This document shows positions 30,426 through 41,298 of a DNA stretch of 64,000 bases, one piece after another (the stretch's first letter is position 1; every line of letters starts with the position of its first letter). The notes under the pieces were generated by a model. It was not told the origin of the DNA and ran no database searches. It saw nothing but the letters and a program-made list of their open reading frames with translations. This stretch comes from Lysobacteraceae bacterium (GTDB taxonomy: Bacteria > Bdellovibrionota > UBA1018 > JAGTJX01), in contig JAGTJX010000001.1 in NCBI GenBank assembly GCA_023657465.1, positions 460,358 to 524,357 of the forward strand. Direction: 5' to 3'. Made by a program: the position numbers and the translations under genes.

Positions 30426-31615
30426 ACCGTCATCTTGTAGTAGATGTCTTCGAATTTCTCTGCATCAAACAAACTGAAAAGTGGTTTTAGTCCTACTTCT
30501 AGAGTTCCGATAGTTTTCTCTAGTCTCAAAGCGGCAGCAGCATTAAATGTGACCGCTGCAAAAATTTCAGCCGCACTCATGTTCATAAAAAGTGCAGAGA
30601 GTGTCATCATGAAGCGAAGTGAGAAATTATTGCAGGAACCTGGATTGAAATCAGTCGCGATTGCAACGCGCGCTCCATCATCAATCAGTCTGCGAGCTGG
30701 AGCATAAGGTGTCTTCAGGAAGAAGGCTGTGCCTGGTAGGAGTACCGCGACAGTGTTTGAGTGTGCGATTCGTCTCACAGAGGCTTCTGAAACTTTGAGT
30801 AGGTGATCGGCAGACCAAGCACCAAGATCAACTGCGAGATCAGTGGCTTCAGTATTCTGTAGCTCATCTGCGTGGACCTTGATGTCTAGTCCTAGCTCTT
30901 TAGCGCGAGAGAGGATGTATCTGGTCTCTTCAGGTGTGTAATAACCACGATCAGAGAAGACGTCACAGCAGTCTGCTAGTTTTTTCTTCGCGACCAGTGG
31001 AAGCATGACATCACAGATGTCTCGAATGTAATCTGCTCTTGGTTGATCCTTAGGGAAGTCATGAGCACCTAAGAACGTGCTGGAGAAGATCATGTCATTG
31101 AATTTCTTCTTCAGTAATTGATTCACATTGAGCTGTTTGATTTCACCTTCGATATTAAGGCCATATCCAGACTTTGACTCAATGACCTTCACTCCCGTAC
31201 TTCTTGCATACTCGACACGTTCGCAAGCAAGTTTGAAGAGCTCTGCTTCTGTTGCCTCTCTGGTGGCACGTACAGTAGACCAGATCCCGCCACCTCGTTT
31301 AGCAATCGACTCATACGATTCCCCGGCACATCTTGCTGCGAATTCTTCAGAGCGTGAACCTGCGTGTACAAGGTGAGTATGACAATCGACGAGTCCTGGG
31401 GTAACGATCTTTTTATTTTTTAGTGATTGTGCTTTTAGTTTTGCAAAACGTTTTGGCAAATCTTTTGTTTTACCGACCCAGAGAATTCTTTTTTCGTCAT
31501 AGACCATTGCACCGTCTGGAATTCTATCCATGTCATCTACCTTAGGTTGTCTGCCGAATTTTCTACGGACTCCACTTCCCGTGATGACTTCAGCTGCGTG
31601 CGTGAGAAGTTTCAA
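30422..31615 (-). CDS. hutI: Imidazolonepropionase
   Basis: PGLVDCHTH, GGGIWSTV, SKSGYGL, HADEL, ATDFNPG. Confidence 0.93.
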   Translation of the reverse strand: MKLLTHAAEVITGSGVRRKFGRQPKVDDMDRIPDGAMVYDEKRILWVGKTKDLPKRFAKLKAQSLKNKKIVTPGLVDCHTHLVHAGSRSEEFAARCAGESYESIAKRGGGIWSTVRATREATEAELFKLACERVEYARSTGVKVIESKSGYGLNIEGEIKQLNVNQLLKKKFNDMIFSSTFLGAHDFPKDQPRADYIRDICDVMLPLVAKKKLADCCDVFSDRGYYTPEETRYILSRAKELGLDIKVHADELQNTEATDLAVDLGAWSADHLLKVSEASVRRIAHSNTVAVLLPGTAFFLKTPYAPARRLIDDGARVAIATDFNPGSCNNFSLRFMMTLSALFMNMSAAEIFAAVTFNAAAALRLEKTIGTLEVGLKPLFSLFDAEKFEDIYYKMTV

Positions 31616-32250
31616 GCGTTCTTCCTATAAACAAGGAAGATCTCTCCTGCTACTTCTTCATGGCTTACAAGTTTGAGCTTCAGAATGTCCTTGGCAGAGA
31701 ATCCCTTGCCATCGACTAGAGTGGGGGCTTCTGAGCCGCCTACTAGAGAGGGAGTAAGGGTCACATGATATTCGTCAATGAGATTCTGGGAGACGAAGTC
31801 CCACATCACGCTTCCACCACCTTCGACGATGCAGGATTTAATTCCTAAACTTTTCAGATGTTTGGCTATCTGAGAAGCGATAGGCGAATCGCTATTGAGA
31901 TGAACGAGTTCACATGAAGTAGTGTAGGTATCGAGTACCTCTCGAGAAGGAGATTCAGAATAGTAGATGATGCGCTTGATTTTGTCGCTCTTGAAGAATG
32001 CCCAATCAGGATCGAATCCAGAGAGTTTGTGACTGATTATCGCATTGATGGGATGAGTGTCAGAGTCTTTTGCGAGACAAGGCCGCTTGAATGCTCGGAT
32101 AGTGGATGCACCCATAACGATTGCGCCAGTGTTTTTCCTTAAAATCTTCATTCGATTGCGATCTTCTTCTGTTCCTAAGTAGAAGTGAGACCTATCCGCA
32201 GTTGCGATTTTACCATCAAGACTGATTGCGAGATTAGAGAGTATCAGCAT
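31612..32250 (-). CDS. RibD C-terminal (DHFR-like) reductase domain protein
   Basis: SLDGKIA, VEGGG, LIDE motifs; no deaminase domain. Confidence 0.85.
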   Translation of the reverse strand: MLILSNLAISLDGKIATADRSHFYLGTEEDRNRMKILRKNTGAIVMGASTIRAFKRPCLAKDSDTHPINAIISHKLSGFDPDWAFFKSDKIKRIIYYSESPSREVLDTYTTSCELVHLNSDSPIASQIAKHLKSLGIKSCIVEGGGSVMWDFVSQNLIDEYHVTLTPSLVGGSEAPTLVDGKGFSAKDILKLKLVSHEEVAGEIFLVYRKNA

Positions 32251-32258
32251 CGATCAAT

Positions 32259-32299
32259 AGAATAGGGGGGTTGACCCTAGGGTTCAAGAGAAGTATTTT
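32259..32299. promoter_or_regulatory. Overlapping divergent sigma70-type promoters (reductase / ogt)
   Basis: Minus: TTGAAC-17-TATTCT-8-ATG; plus: TTGACC-17-TATTTT-9-GTG; -35 boxes form near-palindrome ttgaccctagggttcaa. Confidence 0.55.
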
Positions 32300-32308
32300 G
32301 TTTGGAAC

Positions 32309-32863
32309 GTGTATCGATATTATCATCTCGCGTCATTCGGCGCACTGGCTTTTGATTGGAATCAATCTCACTCGTTGACTCAAGTTCAACTGATGCCAAG
32401 CACTCATGAGGGTGTGCAGGTGGTTCAAGATATTAAGAAAACTCCGCATTTTATTCATAATCTCGTTCTTGATCTTCAGCATTATTTTGAGAGCGGAGAA
32501 CCATTGAAGAATATTCCTTGGGATCAAATGGACTGGGGAACGATCACACCCTTCCAGCAGCAGGTGCTGAAAGCGGTGACTCAAATTCCTCATGGACAGA
32601 CTAGAACTTATGCGTGGGTTGCAGTGAAGATCGCAAAACCTACGGCTTTAAGAGCTGTAGGACAGGCCTTGCGACGCAATCCATTTCCAATACTCATCCC
32701 ATGCCACAGAATTGTAGGAGCAAGCGGTGCTCTTGTAGGATTCATGGGTGAGAAAGAAGACACGGCCAAAGGTATAACCAACTCTCCCGCGCTCAATCTG
32801 AAGTCTCTTCTTATTAATACTGAGCACCAGTATCTCAATCCTGTTTTTTCTTTTTTGGCATAA
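32309..32863 (+). CDS. ogt: Methylated-DNA-protein-cysteine methyltransferase
   Basis: RAVG..L..NP and IPCHRIV active-site motif. Confidence 0.9.
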   Translation: MYRYYHLASFGALAFDWNQSHSLTQVQLMPSTHEGVQVVQDIKKTPHFIHNLVLDLQHYFESGEPLKNIPWDQMDWGTITPFQQQVLKAVTQIPHGQTRTYAWVAVKIAKPTALRAVGQALRRNPFPILIPCHRIVGASGALVGFMGEKEDTAKGITNSPALNLKSLLINTEHQYLNPVFSFLA

Positions 32864-33482
32864 CGCCATTTAGAATTGAGCATATTTGACAGGTGTTACC
32901 GTTACAGCCACGAGCAGTGCAGTGCTCGCGACCATAATAAATAATCTGTAAATGAAGCTTGATCCATGTGGATTCAGGGAAAAGTTTTTTAAGATCTCGC
33001 TCGGTTTCAGTGACTGATTTGCCGCTAGAGAGTTTCCATCTTTTGGCTAGCCTATGAATATGAGTATCTACAGGGAATGCTGGAATTCCGAATCCTTGAA
33101 TCATGACGACGCTTGCCGTTTTGTGTCCCACTCCTGGAAGCTCTTCTAGTTCCTCAAGAGTACGCGGGACTTCGCCTCCATGCTTCTCAACAAGAATTTT
33201 TGAGAGTCCCACGATCGCCTTTGCTTTCTGTGGGGCAAGTCCGCAGGTACGGATGATTTCTAATATTTCCTTCTCATTGAGGTTCATCATCTTCGCTGGG
33301 GTGTTAGCTCGACGGAAAAGCTCTGGAGTAACGATGTTCACACGCTTATCAGTAGTCTGAGCAGAGAGGAGAACCGATACTACGAGCTCGAAGTTGGAAG
33401 TGAAATCAAGAGCTGGTTTTGGATTTGGATAGAGTCGACTGAGTGACTTGAGTACAAACTCTGCACGTTCCTGTTTCGTCAT
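32835..33482 (-). CDS. nth: Endonuclease III
   Basis: LLSAQTTD, HhH LPGVGHKTA, VDTH, C-terminal four-Cys cluster. Confidence 0.92.
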   Translation of the reverse strand: MTKQERAEFVLKSLSRLYPNPKPALDFTSNFELVVSVLLSAQTTDKRVNIVTPELFRRANTPAKMMNLNEKEILEIIRTCGLAPQKAKAIVGLSKILVEKHGGEVPRTLEELEELPGVGHKTASVVMIQGFGIPAFPVDTHIHRLAKRWKLSSGKSVTETERDLKKLFPESTWIKLHLQIIYYGREHCTARGCNGNTCQICSILNGVMPKKKKQD

Positions 33483-34552
33483 TGTTGATTCGCGCGCTTA
33501 GACTTATCTAGATCACGCCAACTCTTACCATCTCGTGCACCCTTATTGATCTGGAATTTTACGACAGCGTTCTGGTGATCCTTAAACGTTTTTGTGAACT
33601 CATGAGTTCCATCATTGTGCGAAACGAAGAATAAAAATTCACTTGTCGCAGGATTAAGCGCAGCCTTTATGGCTTCAATGCCAGGATTGGAGATAGGTCC
33701 AATAGGCAAGGCTGCTACGACATAAGTGTTGTACGGAGTTTTAGACATCAGGTCTTTTTTGTGGATGTTTCCTGAGTAGTTCTCCCAGAGACCATAAATG
33801 GTTGTGGGGTCACTCTGAAGCTTCATGTGTTGACGGAGTCGATTATGAAACACAGAGCTGATCATCGGACGCTCAGATGCTGCTCCGGTTTCTTTCTCTA
33901 TCACTGAAGCTAAAGTCACTACTTGATGAGGTGTGAGCTTGAGTTCACGAGCACGGGTGTCGAATTCTTTCTTCCAATGATTATGAAAGGTTTTCACCAT
34001 TTGAGATAGGATCTGCTCTACGGTAATTGTCTTATTAAGGAAGTAAGATTCTGGATAGAGGTAGCCTTCAAGTGTAGGGGGGAGTGGATCATTGAAACCC
34101 ATGCGCCTGATGAATGCAGGGTCACGGCAGAGATCGAGGACTTCTTGCGCATCGCCGAATCCCTTTTCACTGATCTTCTCTGCAACCTGATACATGTTGT
34201 CACCCTCGGGGATGGTGAGAGTTTTCATTACACTGATTCCAGAGGTGAGGATGTTGAGGATCTCTAGAGTCGTCATCTTTGGGCTCACTTCGTATTCACC
34301 CATTTTGAGTTTGCCCCAATAGCCTAAAATCTTGCCAGTCCAGTAGAAGCGGCTCGCACTTGAGATCATTTTTTCAGTTTCGAGTTTTTTTACAATTTCG
34401 AGGGGTTTAGTACCCTTCGCAACCTCAATAATTGCAGTCGTTGTGGAGTTTTTATCCTTAGACTCGTGAGTGTAGGAGTAGCCCAAAACACCTAAAAGCA
34501 GGAGGAGGCCCAGTCCAACAGAAGTGATCAATACAGGTAGAGAGCGATTCAT
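33479..34552 (-). CDS. mltG: Endolytic transglycosylase MltG
   Basis: TIPEG, LEGYLYP, ASVIEKE, LQSDPT, PYNTY, LPIGPI. Confidence 0.93.
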   Translation of the reverse strand: MNRSLPVLITSVGLGLLLLLGVLGYSYTHESKDKNSTTTAIIEVAKGTKPLEIVKKLETEKMISSASRFYWTGKILGYWGKLKMGEYEVSPKMTTLEILNILTSGISVMKTLTIPEGDNMYQVAEKISEKGFGDAQEVLDLCRDPAFIRRMGFNDPLPPTLEGYLYPESYFLNKTITVEQILSQMVKTFHNHWKKEFDTRARELKLTPHQVVTLASVIEKETGAASERPMISSVFHNRLRQHMKLQSDPTTIYGLWENYSGNIHKKDLMSKTPYNTYVVAALPIGPISNPGIEAIKAALNPATSEFLFFVSHNDGTHEFTKTFKDHQNAVVKFQINKGARDGKSWRDLDKSKRANQQ

Positions 34553-34703
34553 ATCTAAGCTGTTTTTAAATTGTACTCCGCTCAAGCACTCTTGACTTCA
34601 AGAATACGGTTTGGTACCTAAAAATGATCCATTAAGTAAGAAAGTTGGGGATCTCCCCCAGTCAAAATTTAAACACCCAAAAACTATTCAAATAAGGAAA
34701 CCC

Positions 34704-35951
34704 ATGCATTTAAAGGAACTCAAAGAAAAGAAGATCAATGACTTAGTCGATATGGCTAAGGAGCTCGGAATCGAGAATGCGGGTAACCTCCGCAAGCAGG
34801 ATCTGATTTTTGCTATTCTTCAGAAGAAGGCAGAAAAAGATGACCATATTTTCGCAGACGGTGTTTTGGAGTGTCTTCCCGATGGATTCGGATTCTTAAG
34901 AGCTCCAGACTACAATTATCTCCCAGGTCCAGACGATGTTTACGTCTCTCCTTCTCAGATTCGTAGATTTGGTCTTCGTACCGGCGATACAGTCAGCGGT
35001 TCAGTGCGCCCTCCGAAAGATGGCGAGAGATACTTCGCTCTACTCAAGGTCGAGCAAGTCAATTTTCAACAAGCTGAGCTCAATACCGAAAAAGTTTTAT
35101 TCGATAACTTGACTCCACTTTATCCAAACAAGAAACTCAACCTTGAGTTTCATCCGACTAACTACAGCACACGTATCATCGATATGATGGTACCGCTTGG
35201 CATGGGTCAACGCTGCTTAATCGTTGCTCCACCACGTGCAGGTAAGACGGTTCTGTTACAAGATTTAGCAAACGCGATCACTACTTCTCATCCTGCGATC
35301 AAGCTCATTGTTCTTCTGATCGATGAACGTCCAGAGGAAGTCACTGATATGCTTCGTTCCGTTAAGGGTGAAGTTGTCAGCTCTACTTTCGATGAACAAG
35401 CATCACGTCACGTTCAAGTTGCTGAGATGGTTCTTGAGAAAGCAAAACGTCTCGTAGAAAACAAATACGATGTCGTCATTCTTCTCGACTCCATCACTCG
35501 TCTCGCACGTGCTTACAACTCAGTGGTTCCACCTTCAGGCAAGATTCTCTCAGGCGGTGTGGACTCCAATGCACTTCATAAACCGAAGCGTTTCTTCGGT
35601 GCTGCTAGAAATATTGAAGAGGGTGGATCTCTCACGATCATTGCTACCTCACTCATCGATACTGGATCCAGAATGGACGAAGTTATTTTCGAAGAGTTCA
35701 AGGGTACCGGTAATTCAGAGATTCACCTTGATCGCAAACTCATGGAGAAACGTGTTTTCCCATGTTTGGACATCAATAAATCAGCAACTCGTAAAGAAGA
35801 CCTTCTCATTCCAAAAGAAGTCCTCAATCGTCTTTGGATTTTGAGAAAAGTTCTTCACCCGATGAGTACTACGGATGCGATGGATTTCTTGTTGGATAAA
35901 GTGTCTCACTCTAAAACCAACGAAGATTTCATCAAGTCCATGAGTGGCTAA
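34704..35951 (+). CDS. rho: Transcription termination factor Rho
   Basis: SD TAAGGA then MHLKELK; [21 protein letters not shown]. Confidence 0.97.
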   Translation: MHLKELKEKKINDLVDMAKELGIENAGNLRKQDLIFAILQKKAEKDDHIFADGVLECLPDGFGFLRAPDYNYLPGPDDVYVSPSQIRRFGLRTGDTVSGSVRPPKDGERYFALLKVEQVNFQQAELNTEKVLFDNLTPLYPNKKLNLEFHPTNYSTRIIDMMVPLGMGQRCLIVAPPRAGKTVLLQDLANAITTSHPAIKLIVLLIDERPEEVTDMLRSVKGEVVSSTFDEQASRHVQVAEMVLEKAKRLVENKYDVVILLDSITRLARAYNSVVPPSGKILSGGVDSNALHKPKRFFGAARNIEEGGSLTIIATSLIDTGSRMDEVIFEEFKGTGNSEIHLDRKLMEKRVFPCLDINKSATRKEDLLIPKEVLNRLWILRKVLHPMSTTDAMDFLLDKVSHSKTNEDFIKSMSG

Positions 35952-37021
35952 TGTTTGATAAGCTTGCAGAAGTTGAACAGAAATTCGTACAGCTAGAAGG
36001 TCGTCTTGGCGATCCTGATCTAGCTAATAATCCGGATGAATTTCGTAGACTCTCACGCGAGCACTCAAGCCTCATTGAAGTTGTTGCTGAATATAAGAAG
36101 TATAAGCAGCTCAAAAAAGAAATCGAATCCAATAAAGAACTCATTTTTGATGCTGAGTTTAGCTCTATCGCTAAAGAAGAATTAAAAACTCTCGAGCCCG
36201 CACTATTAGAAGTAGAGGCAAAGTTACAAGTTCTCCTCCTTCCTCAAGATCCGAATGACGGAAAGAATATTATTCTCGAACTTCGAGCGGGAGCAGGGGG
36301 AGAAGAAGCGGGTTTATTCGTCGCCGCTCTTTATCGCGCTTATCAGAGATATGCTGAGAGACAAGGCTGGAAAGTTGAAGTCCTCTCATCGAATCCTACA
36401 GGCATGGGTGGTCTGCGCGAGATCATTTCTCAAATCGAAGGCAATAGAGTTTACGCTAAACTAAAATTTGAAGGTGGAGTACACCGAGTTCAGCGTGTAC
36501 CTGAGACCGAAGCACAAGGTCGAGTTCATACTTCGACTATTACTGTAGCGGTACTTCCAGAAGCTGAAGAAGTTGATGTCACTATTAATCCAGCAGAACT
36601 TCGGATTGATGTGTTTAGATCCGGCGGAGCAGGTGGACAGGGAGTTAATACTACTGACTCAGCTGTGAGGATCACGCACTTACCTACAAATACAGTAGTG
36701 GTATGCCAAGACGAGCGCTCACAACTAAAGAATAAGGCCAAAGCTATGAAGATCTTGCGATCACGTATTCTTGAAGTTGCTCAAGAGAAGGCAGCTAAGG
36801 AGCATTCCGATGCAAGACGCTCTATGGTTGGAACAGGTGATCGCAGTGAACGAATCAGGACATACAACTTTCCTCAAAGTCGAATGACCGATCACCGCAT
36901 AGGACTCACACTTCATCAACTTCCAGAAATCATGGAAGGTAAGCTTGAACCTGTGATCGACGCACTTACCAATCATCATCAAATCGAAGCCCTCAAGGCT
37001 CAAGGACTTCATTCTCAGTGA
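35951..37021 (+). CDS. prfA: Peptide chain release factor 1
   Basis: PET discriminator, GGQ motif. Confidence 0.96.
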   Translation: MFDKLAEVEQKFVQLEGRLGDPDLANNPDEFRRLSREHSSLIEVVAEYKKYKQLKKEIESNKELIFDAEFSSIAKEELKTLEPALLEVEAKLQVLLLPQDPNDGKNIILELRAGAGGEEAGLFVAALYRAYQRYAERQGWKVEVLSSNPTGMGGLREIISQIEGNRVYAKLKFEGGVHRVQRVPETEAQGRVHTSTITVAVLPEAEEVDVTINPAELRIDVFRSGGAGGQGVNTTDSAVRITHLPTNTVVVCQDERSQLKNKAKAMKILRSRILEVAQEKAAKEHSDARRSMVGTGDRSERIRTYNFPQSRMTDHRIGLTLHQLPEIMEGKLEPVIDALTNHHQIEALKAQGLHSQ

Positions 37022-37860
37022 AGGTTTCAGATTTACTCTTTACTCTCTCCGAAATCATCAAAGTTTCGGCTGAGCAAGAACAGATCATCGAATGGGCACT
37101 CTTACAATCTACAGGGCGTACTTGGAAGCGCTCCGAGTGGATGATGAGCTCAGATCAAAATGTTTCAGAAGTTTATTCTGACCAAGCGATCATTCTAGCA
37201 AAACGTAGAGCGGAAGGGTTTCCGCTTCAATACCTCACTCATGAGCAATCCTTTTACGGAAGATCGTTCTATGTTGAAGAAGGTGTTTTAGTACCTAGAC
37301 CAGAAACTGAAATATTAGTGGATGAAGTACTGAAGAGACTTAAGGCTCGAAGCGAAGAAAAACTTTTAGGGTTCGAATTGGGCTTAGGTGCAGGCCCCAT
37401 TGCAATTACACTTCTCACGGAGATTCCCGAACTCAGAATGATTGGGACTGAACTAAGTGAAATCGCTATTAGAGTGACAAATATTAATAGTGACAAACAT
37501 CTGAAAGATCCCTCACGTTTAGAAATAGTAAGTGAGATTCAAAATAAGATATTTAACTTTATTGTTTCTAATCCACCTTACCTCGACCGATCGAAGCATG
37601 AGGTAGACGCTGATGTTGCAAAATATGAACCTTCGACAGCCCTCTTTGCACCAGAGAATGATCCGCTGTATTTTTATAAGCACTTAAGAGATCTATCAAT
37701 CAAAAACCTTAAACGTGGTGGTTTTTTGGCAATTGAAATCCCTCACGATAGGGTAGAGGCCGTGTCTCAATTATTTTCGGACCGCAAGTGGTCTATGCTC
37801 AAGATTATTCCTGATCTCAACTCGCGTCCCAGAGTTCTTGTGGTAACATTGAGCTCATAG
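37018..37860 (+). CDS. prmC: Release factor glutamine methyltransferase
   Basis: PRPETE, SNPPY; follows prfA. Confidence 0.9.
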   Translation: MKVSDLLFTLSEIIKVSAEQEQIIEWALLQSTGRTWKRSEWMMSSDQNVSEVYSDQAIILAKRRAEGFPLQYLTHEQSFYGRSFYVEEGVLVPRPETEILVDEVLKRLKARSEEKLLGFELGLGAGPIAITLLTEIPELRMIGTELSEIAIRVTNINSDKHLKDPSRLEIVSEIQNKIFNFIVSNPPYLDRSKHEVDADVAKYEPSTALFAPENDPLYFYKHLRDLSIKNLKRGGFLAIEIPHDRVEAVSQLFSDRKWSMLKIIPDLNSRPRVLVVTLSS

Positions 37861-37863
37861 ACT

Positions 37864-39117
37864 ATGGACAAGATCTGGATCAAAGGTGGTAAGAAACTAA
37901 ACGGCACTGTGAAAGTGAGTGGCTCTAAGAACGCTGCTCTTCCAATTTTATTTTCTTCTTTGCTCACAGATAAAAAATCTACTTTCTCAAACGTTCCAGA
38001 CCTTCAAGACATTCGTTTTACGATGAAAATTTTAGAAACTCTCGATGTTCATACTGAGTCATATGAAAATAATAAGTTAATACTCAAGGGGGCAACTAAT
38101 GGATCTAAGGAAGCTACCTATGATCTTGTAAGGAAAATGCGTGCCTCAGTCCTTGCTCTTGGACCGCTCGTTGCTCGTTATGGTTATGGCAAAGTCAGTC
38201 TTCCTGGCGGCTGTGCGATTGGAGCCCGCCCCATTAACTTTCATCTTATGGGATTGCAGAAGTTGGGTGCAGAGATTGATCTACAAGACGGCTATGTTAT
38301 TGCAAGTTGCAAAAAACTAAAAGGTACAAGAATTGTTTTTGATTTTCCAAGTGTCGGAGCAACTGAGAATCTCATGATGGCTGCGGTTCTCGCTCAAGGT
38401 GAGACTGTGCTTGAGAACGTAGCAAGAGAACCGGAAATCGTAGATCTTGCAAAGTCACTCAGGTCAATGGGTGCAAAAATCGAAGGAGAGGGTCACGAAA
38501 CCATCCTCATTCAAGGTGTAAACTCACTGTGTGGTGCCAGCCATTCAGTCATGGGTGATCGTATTGAGGCAGGTACTTACCTCATTGCAGGTCTCATTAC
38601 TGGTGGTAAAGTCACAACCGAAGGGTTAGAGCGTGAGCAACTGGACGCAGTTTTAGAAAAATTAAAAGAAATGGGTGCGCAAGTCGAAAGCAGCGAAGAT
38701 AGATTAACTGTTTCAGCCAAACTACCTCTACGTTCAATCGACTTTCAAACTCAACCCTTTCCAGGTTTTCCTACTGATATGCAAGCACAGCTCATGGCGC
38801 TACTTTGTACGACAGAAGGATCATCGACAGTGACTGAGACGATTTTTGAGAATAGATTCATGCACGTACCTGAATTACAACGAATGGGTGCAGACATCTC
38901 CACTCGTGGAAATATTGCGGTTGTGAAGGGCGTAGATATGCTCAAAGGTGCTCAGGTCATGGCCACGGATCTAAGGGCAAGTGCTTGTTTGATTTTAGCA
39001 GCACTGAGAGCTGAGGGAGAAACTACCGTTCATCGTGTTTATCACTTAGATCGTGGCTATGAAAAACTAGAAGAAAAATTCAAAAAAATTGGTGCTGATA
39101 TTTACCGCATTGAGTGA
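37864..39117 (+). CDS. murA: UDP-N-acetylglucosamine 1-carboxyvinyltransferase
   Basis: SGSKNA, LPGGCAIGARP, TDLRAS, LDRGYE. Confidence 0.96.
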   Translation: MDKIWIKGGKKLNGTVKVSGSKNAALPILFSSLLTDKKSTFSNVPDLQDIRFTMKILETLDVHTESYENNKLILKGATNGSKEATYDLVRKMRASVLALGPLVARYGYGKVSLPGGCAIGARPINFHLMGLQKLGAEIDLQDGYVIASCKKLKGTRIVFDFPSVGATENLMMAAVLAQGETVLENVAREPEIVDLAKSLRSMGAKIEGEGHETILIQGVNSLCGASHSVMGDRIEAGTYLIAGLITGGKVTTEGLEREQLDAVLEKLKEMGAQVESSEDRLTVSAKLPLRSIDFQTQPFPGFPTDMQAQLMALLCTTEGSSTVTETIFENRFMHVPELQRMGADISTRGNIAVVKGVDMLKGAQVMATDLRASACLILAALRAEGETTVHRVYHLDRGYEKLEEKFKKIGADIYRIE

Positions 39118-39123
39118 GATCAA

Positions 39124-39474
39124 ATGAGTGCATGTATCTTTTGTAAAATACTAAAAAAAGAAATTCCTTCTCAGATTCTTTTTGAAAACGAGAACGTTTT
39201 TGCAATCAGGGATATTCAACCTCAGTCTAAGGAACATGTGCTTATAATTCCAAAGAAACACTACTCTACTCTTCATGAAGCAGAGAGCTATGGTGAACTT
39301 GAGAATCTGTCAAAATTTTGGTTAAGTGCTGCGCTTGAAGTATCAAAACAGCTTAAAATAGACTTTTCTGGTTATAGGCTCGTTATAAATCAGGGTGAGA
39401 ACGGTGGACAGACAGTTTTCCACTTACACCTTCATCTTCTTGGTGGGGAACGCTTGTCAGGCAAATTCGTGTAA
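39124..39474 (+). CDS. HIT-family nucleotide-binding protein
   Basis: CIFCKI, GQTVFHLHLHLLGG. Confidence 0.92.
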   Translation: MSACIFCKILKKEIPSQILFENENVFAIRDIQPQSKEHVLIIPKKHYSTLHEAESYGELENLSKFWLSAALEVSKQLKIDFSGYRLVINQGENGGQTVFHLHLHLLGGERLSGKFV

Positions 39475-39493
39475 TGTAATCTATTGATTAGCG

Positions 39494-40006
39494 ATGAAAA
39501 AAGCCCGTTTCTTAATTCTATCAACAATCATTACAGTCATTAGCTCGGCGTGTGGATCGGGTAGCACTTGCACTAAAGTAACGATCCCAACCCTTACTAT
39601 CAAGTGTAACAACTCTAGTCTTCCTTGTAGTGCTGGTGGATATCTCTCGTCGTCGTCACCTTATTACGTTTTGGGTGCTTATATTATTACAGGAACCACT
39701 TGCAATTCTACTACGATGCAATCCACTAAAGCATCTGCTTCTGGTGGCAATATTCTTACGAGCGATGCATCTGTTTATGATGGAACGAATTATTCTCTCC
39801 AAGTAGGAACTGCGACAGCAGGTTTCGTGGATTCAAAAGGTGCTTCAGTCACCACGCTTTGTACTGGGACTTACACAGTCTGCGCATACTATGGTTCTGT
39901 TACCGGATCATCTCTCTTTGTCACTTACTTCCAGAAACTAGGATCTTTCAGCCTAGCAAGTCCATCTTCGACAACGATTGGACCCACAGGTTGGACTGCA
40001 CTTTAA
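39494..40006 (+). CDS. Ser/Thr/Cys-rich hypothetical lipoprotein
   Basis: Lipobox SSAC; preceded by TTGTCA-17-TAATCT. Confidence 0.65.
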   Translation: MKKARFLILSTIITVISSACGSGSTCTKVTIPTLTIKCNNSSLPCSAGGYLSSSSPYYVLGAYIITGTTCNSTTMQSTKASASGGNILTSDASVYDGTNYSLQVGTATAGFVDSKGASVTTLCTGTYTVCAYYGSVTGSSLFVTYFQKLGSFSLASPSSTTIGPTGWTAL

Positions 40007-41298
40007 AGTCATTTTTACTATCCTCACTCGCAACTCTAAGTTTTATTTCTAGTGCATTTGCAGAAGTCTGTTTTGAAAATCTCAGTGCCAAATTAGAAAC
40101 TGAAAATATCGAAATCAATGATTCTGCAGGTGCTTGGTGCATTCAAAATTCTACAAACGGAAGACATGTTGATAAACACGAGAGCGGCTTCCCAAAAGTA
40201 GAATACGAATACAAAAAAAGCCTTCCTCATGGGGATTGGGTCTTCTATTACCGAAACGGTAAGAAACGTAGAGAGGTCAGCTTTCTTAAAGGTAAACTGA
40301 CGGGTACCTCCCAATTTTATAACGAGAAAGAAGAGTTAATTTTTCAAGTAGATTTTAATGATAATAAAAGGGCGGGAAACTTTAAGCAATTTTATCCAAA
40401 TGGAAAAACAGCTATTAAAGGTTACTTTTCAAACAATAATAAAACTTCCAGGTGGCAATACTTTGATGAGGCAGGTGTACTTTTAAAAGACATCGAATAT
40501 ATCGAAGGAATTAAAAACGGTTGGAGTTCAGAATGGTATGGTGCCGAGAGACCGAAGTCATTAGGTCGATATTTTAATAACGTTCAAGAAGGGCGTTGGT
40601 TCTATTGGACTATGCAGAACGAGTTCAAAGAAGCCGTCACTTATTCCAAGGGACTTCTTCATGGGCCCTATCAGAATTTTTATGAAGGTAAAAAACCAAA
40701 AGAAGAAGGCCAGTACTTCCTAGGTAAAAAAGAAGGCGAATGGATCTCATTCACTGAAGAAGGGAAAAAAAATCAGAGCAAAACTTATAAATCCGGACTC
40801 CTTCATGGGCCTTTCGAAGAGTGGTACAAAAACGGACAAAGAGCAGTTCTTGGTAACTATCGATTCAACTTTAAACAAGGGACTTGGGTTACCTGGCATA
40901 GTAACGGACAGAAGAAACATCAATGGAGTCATGAGGCAGGAATTCATGAGGGTAGAGATGTGTGGTGGTATGAATCAGGGCAGAAAAAGTCAGTCGCAGA
41001 TTATTTAGATAACAAGCTCAATGGTGAAGAAAGAAAATGGGATTTTTTCGGCAATCTTACTTCAGTCATTGAATACGAAGATGGTAAACCAGACGGAGTT
41101 TGGATTGGTTACCATTTCAACACGAAGCAAATTTCTGAGAAGGGATTTTTTAATCACGGTAAAGCTACAGGAAAGTGGGAATATTTTTACTCAAACGGGA
41201 AAAAAAAATCAGAAGGTTTCTATGATGCCGGTGTTCCTAAAGGGGAGTGGAAACACTGGGATGAAGCCGGTTATAGAATCGCTAATCGTAAGTCTTAG
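39991..41298 (+). CDS. Secreted MORN-variant (YwqK-like) repeat protein
   Basis: Many ~24-aa G.W..YY.NG.K..EG.Y..G repeats; signal peptide from TTG 39991. Confidence 0.82.
   Translation: MDCTLKSFLLSSLATLSFISSAFAEVCFENLSAKLETENIEINDSAGAWCIQNSTNGRHVDKHESGFPKVEYEYKKSLPHGDWVFYYRNGKKRREVSFLKGKLTGTSQFYNEKEELIFQVDFNDNKRAGNFKQFYPNGKTAIKGYFSNNNKTSRWQYFDEAGVLLKDIEYIEGIKNGWSSEWYGAERPKSLGRYFNNVQEGRWFYWTMQNEFKEAVTYSKGLLHGPYQNFYEGKKPKEEGQYFLGKKEGEWISFTEEGKKNQSKTYKSGLLHGPFEEWYKNGQRAVLGNYRFNFKQGTWVTWHSNGQKKHQWSHEAGIHEGRDVWWYESGQKKSVADYLDNKLNGEERKWDFFGNLTSVIEYEDGKPDGVWIGYHFNTKQISEKGFFNHGKATGKWEYFYSNGKKKSEGFYDAGVPKGEWKHWDEAGYRIANRKS

Noticed and set aside
39991-41298. YwqK antitoxin as part of a toxin-antitoxin system
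   Set aside because: Generic MORN-variant repeats, signal peptide present, no adjacent toxin
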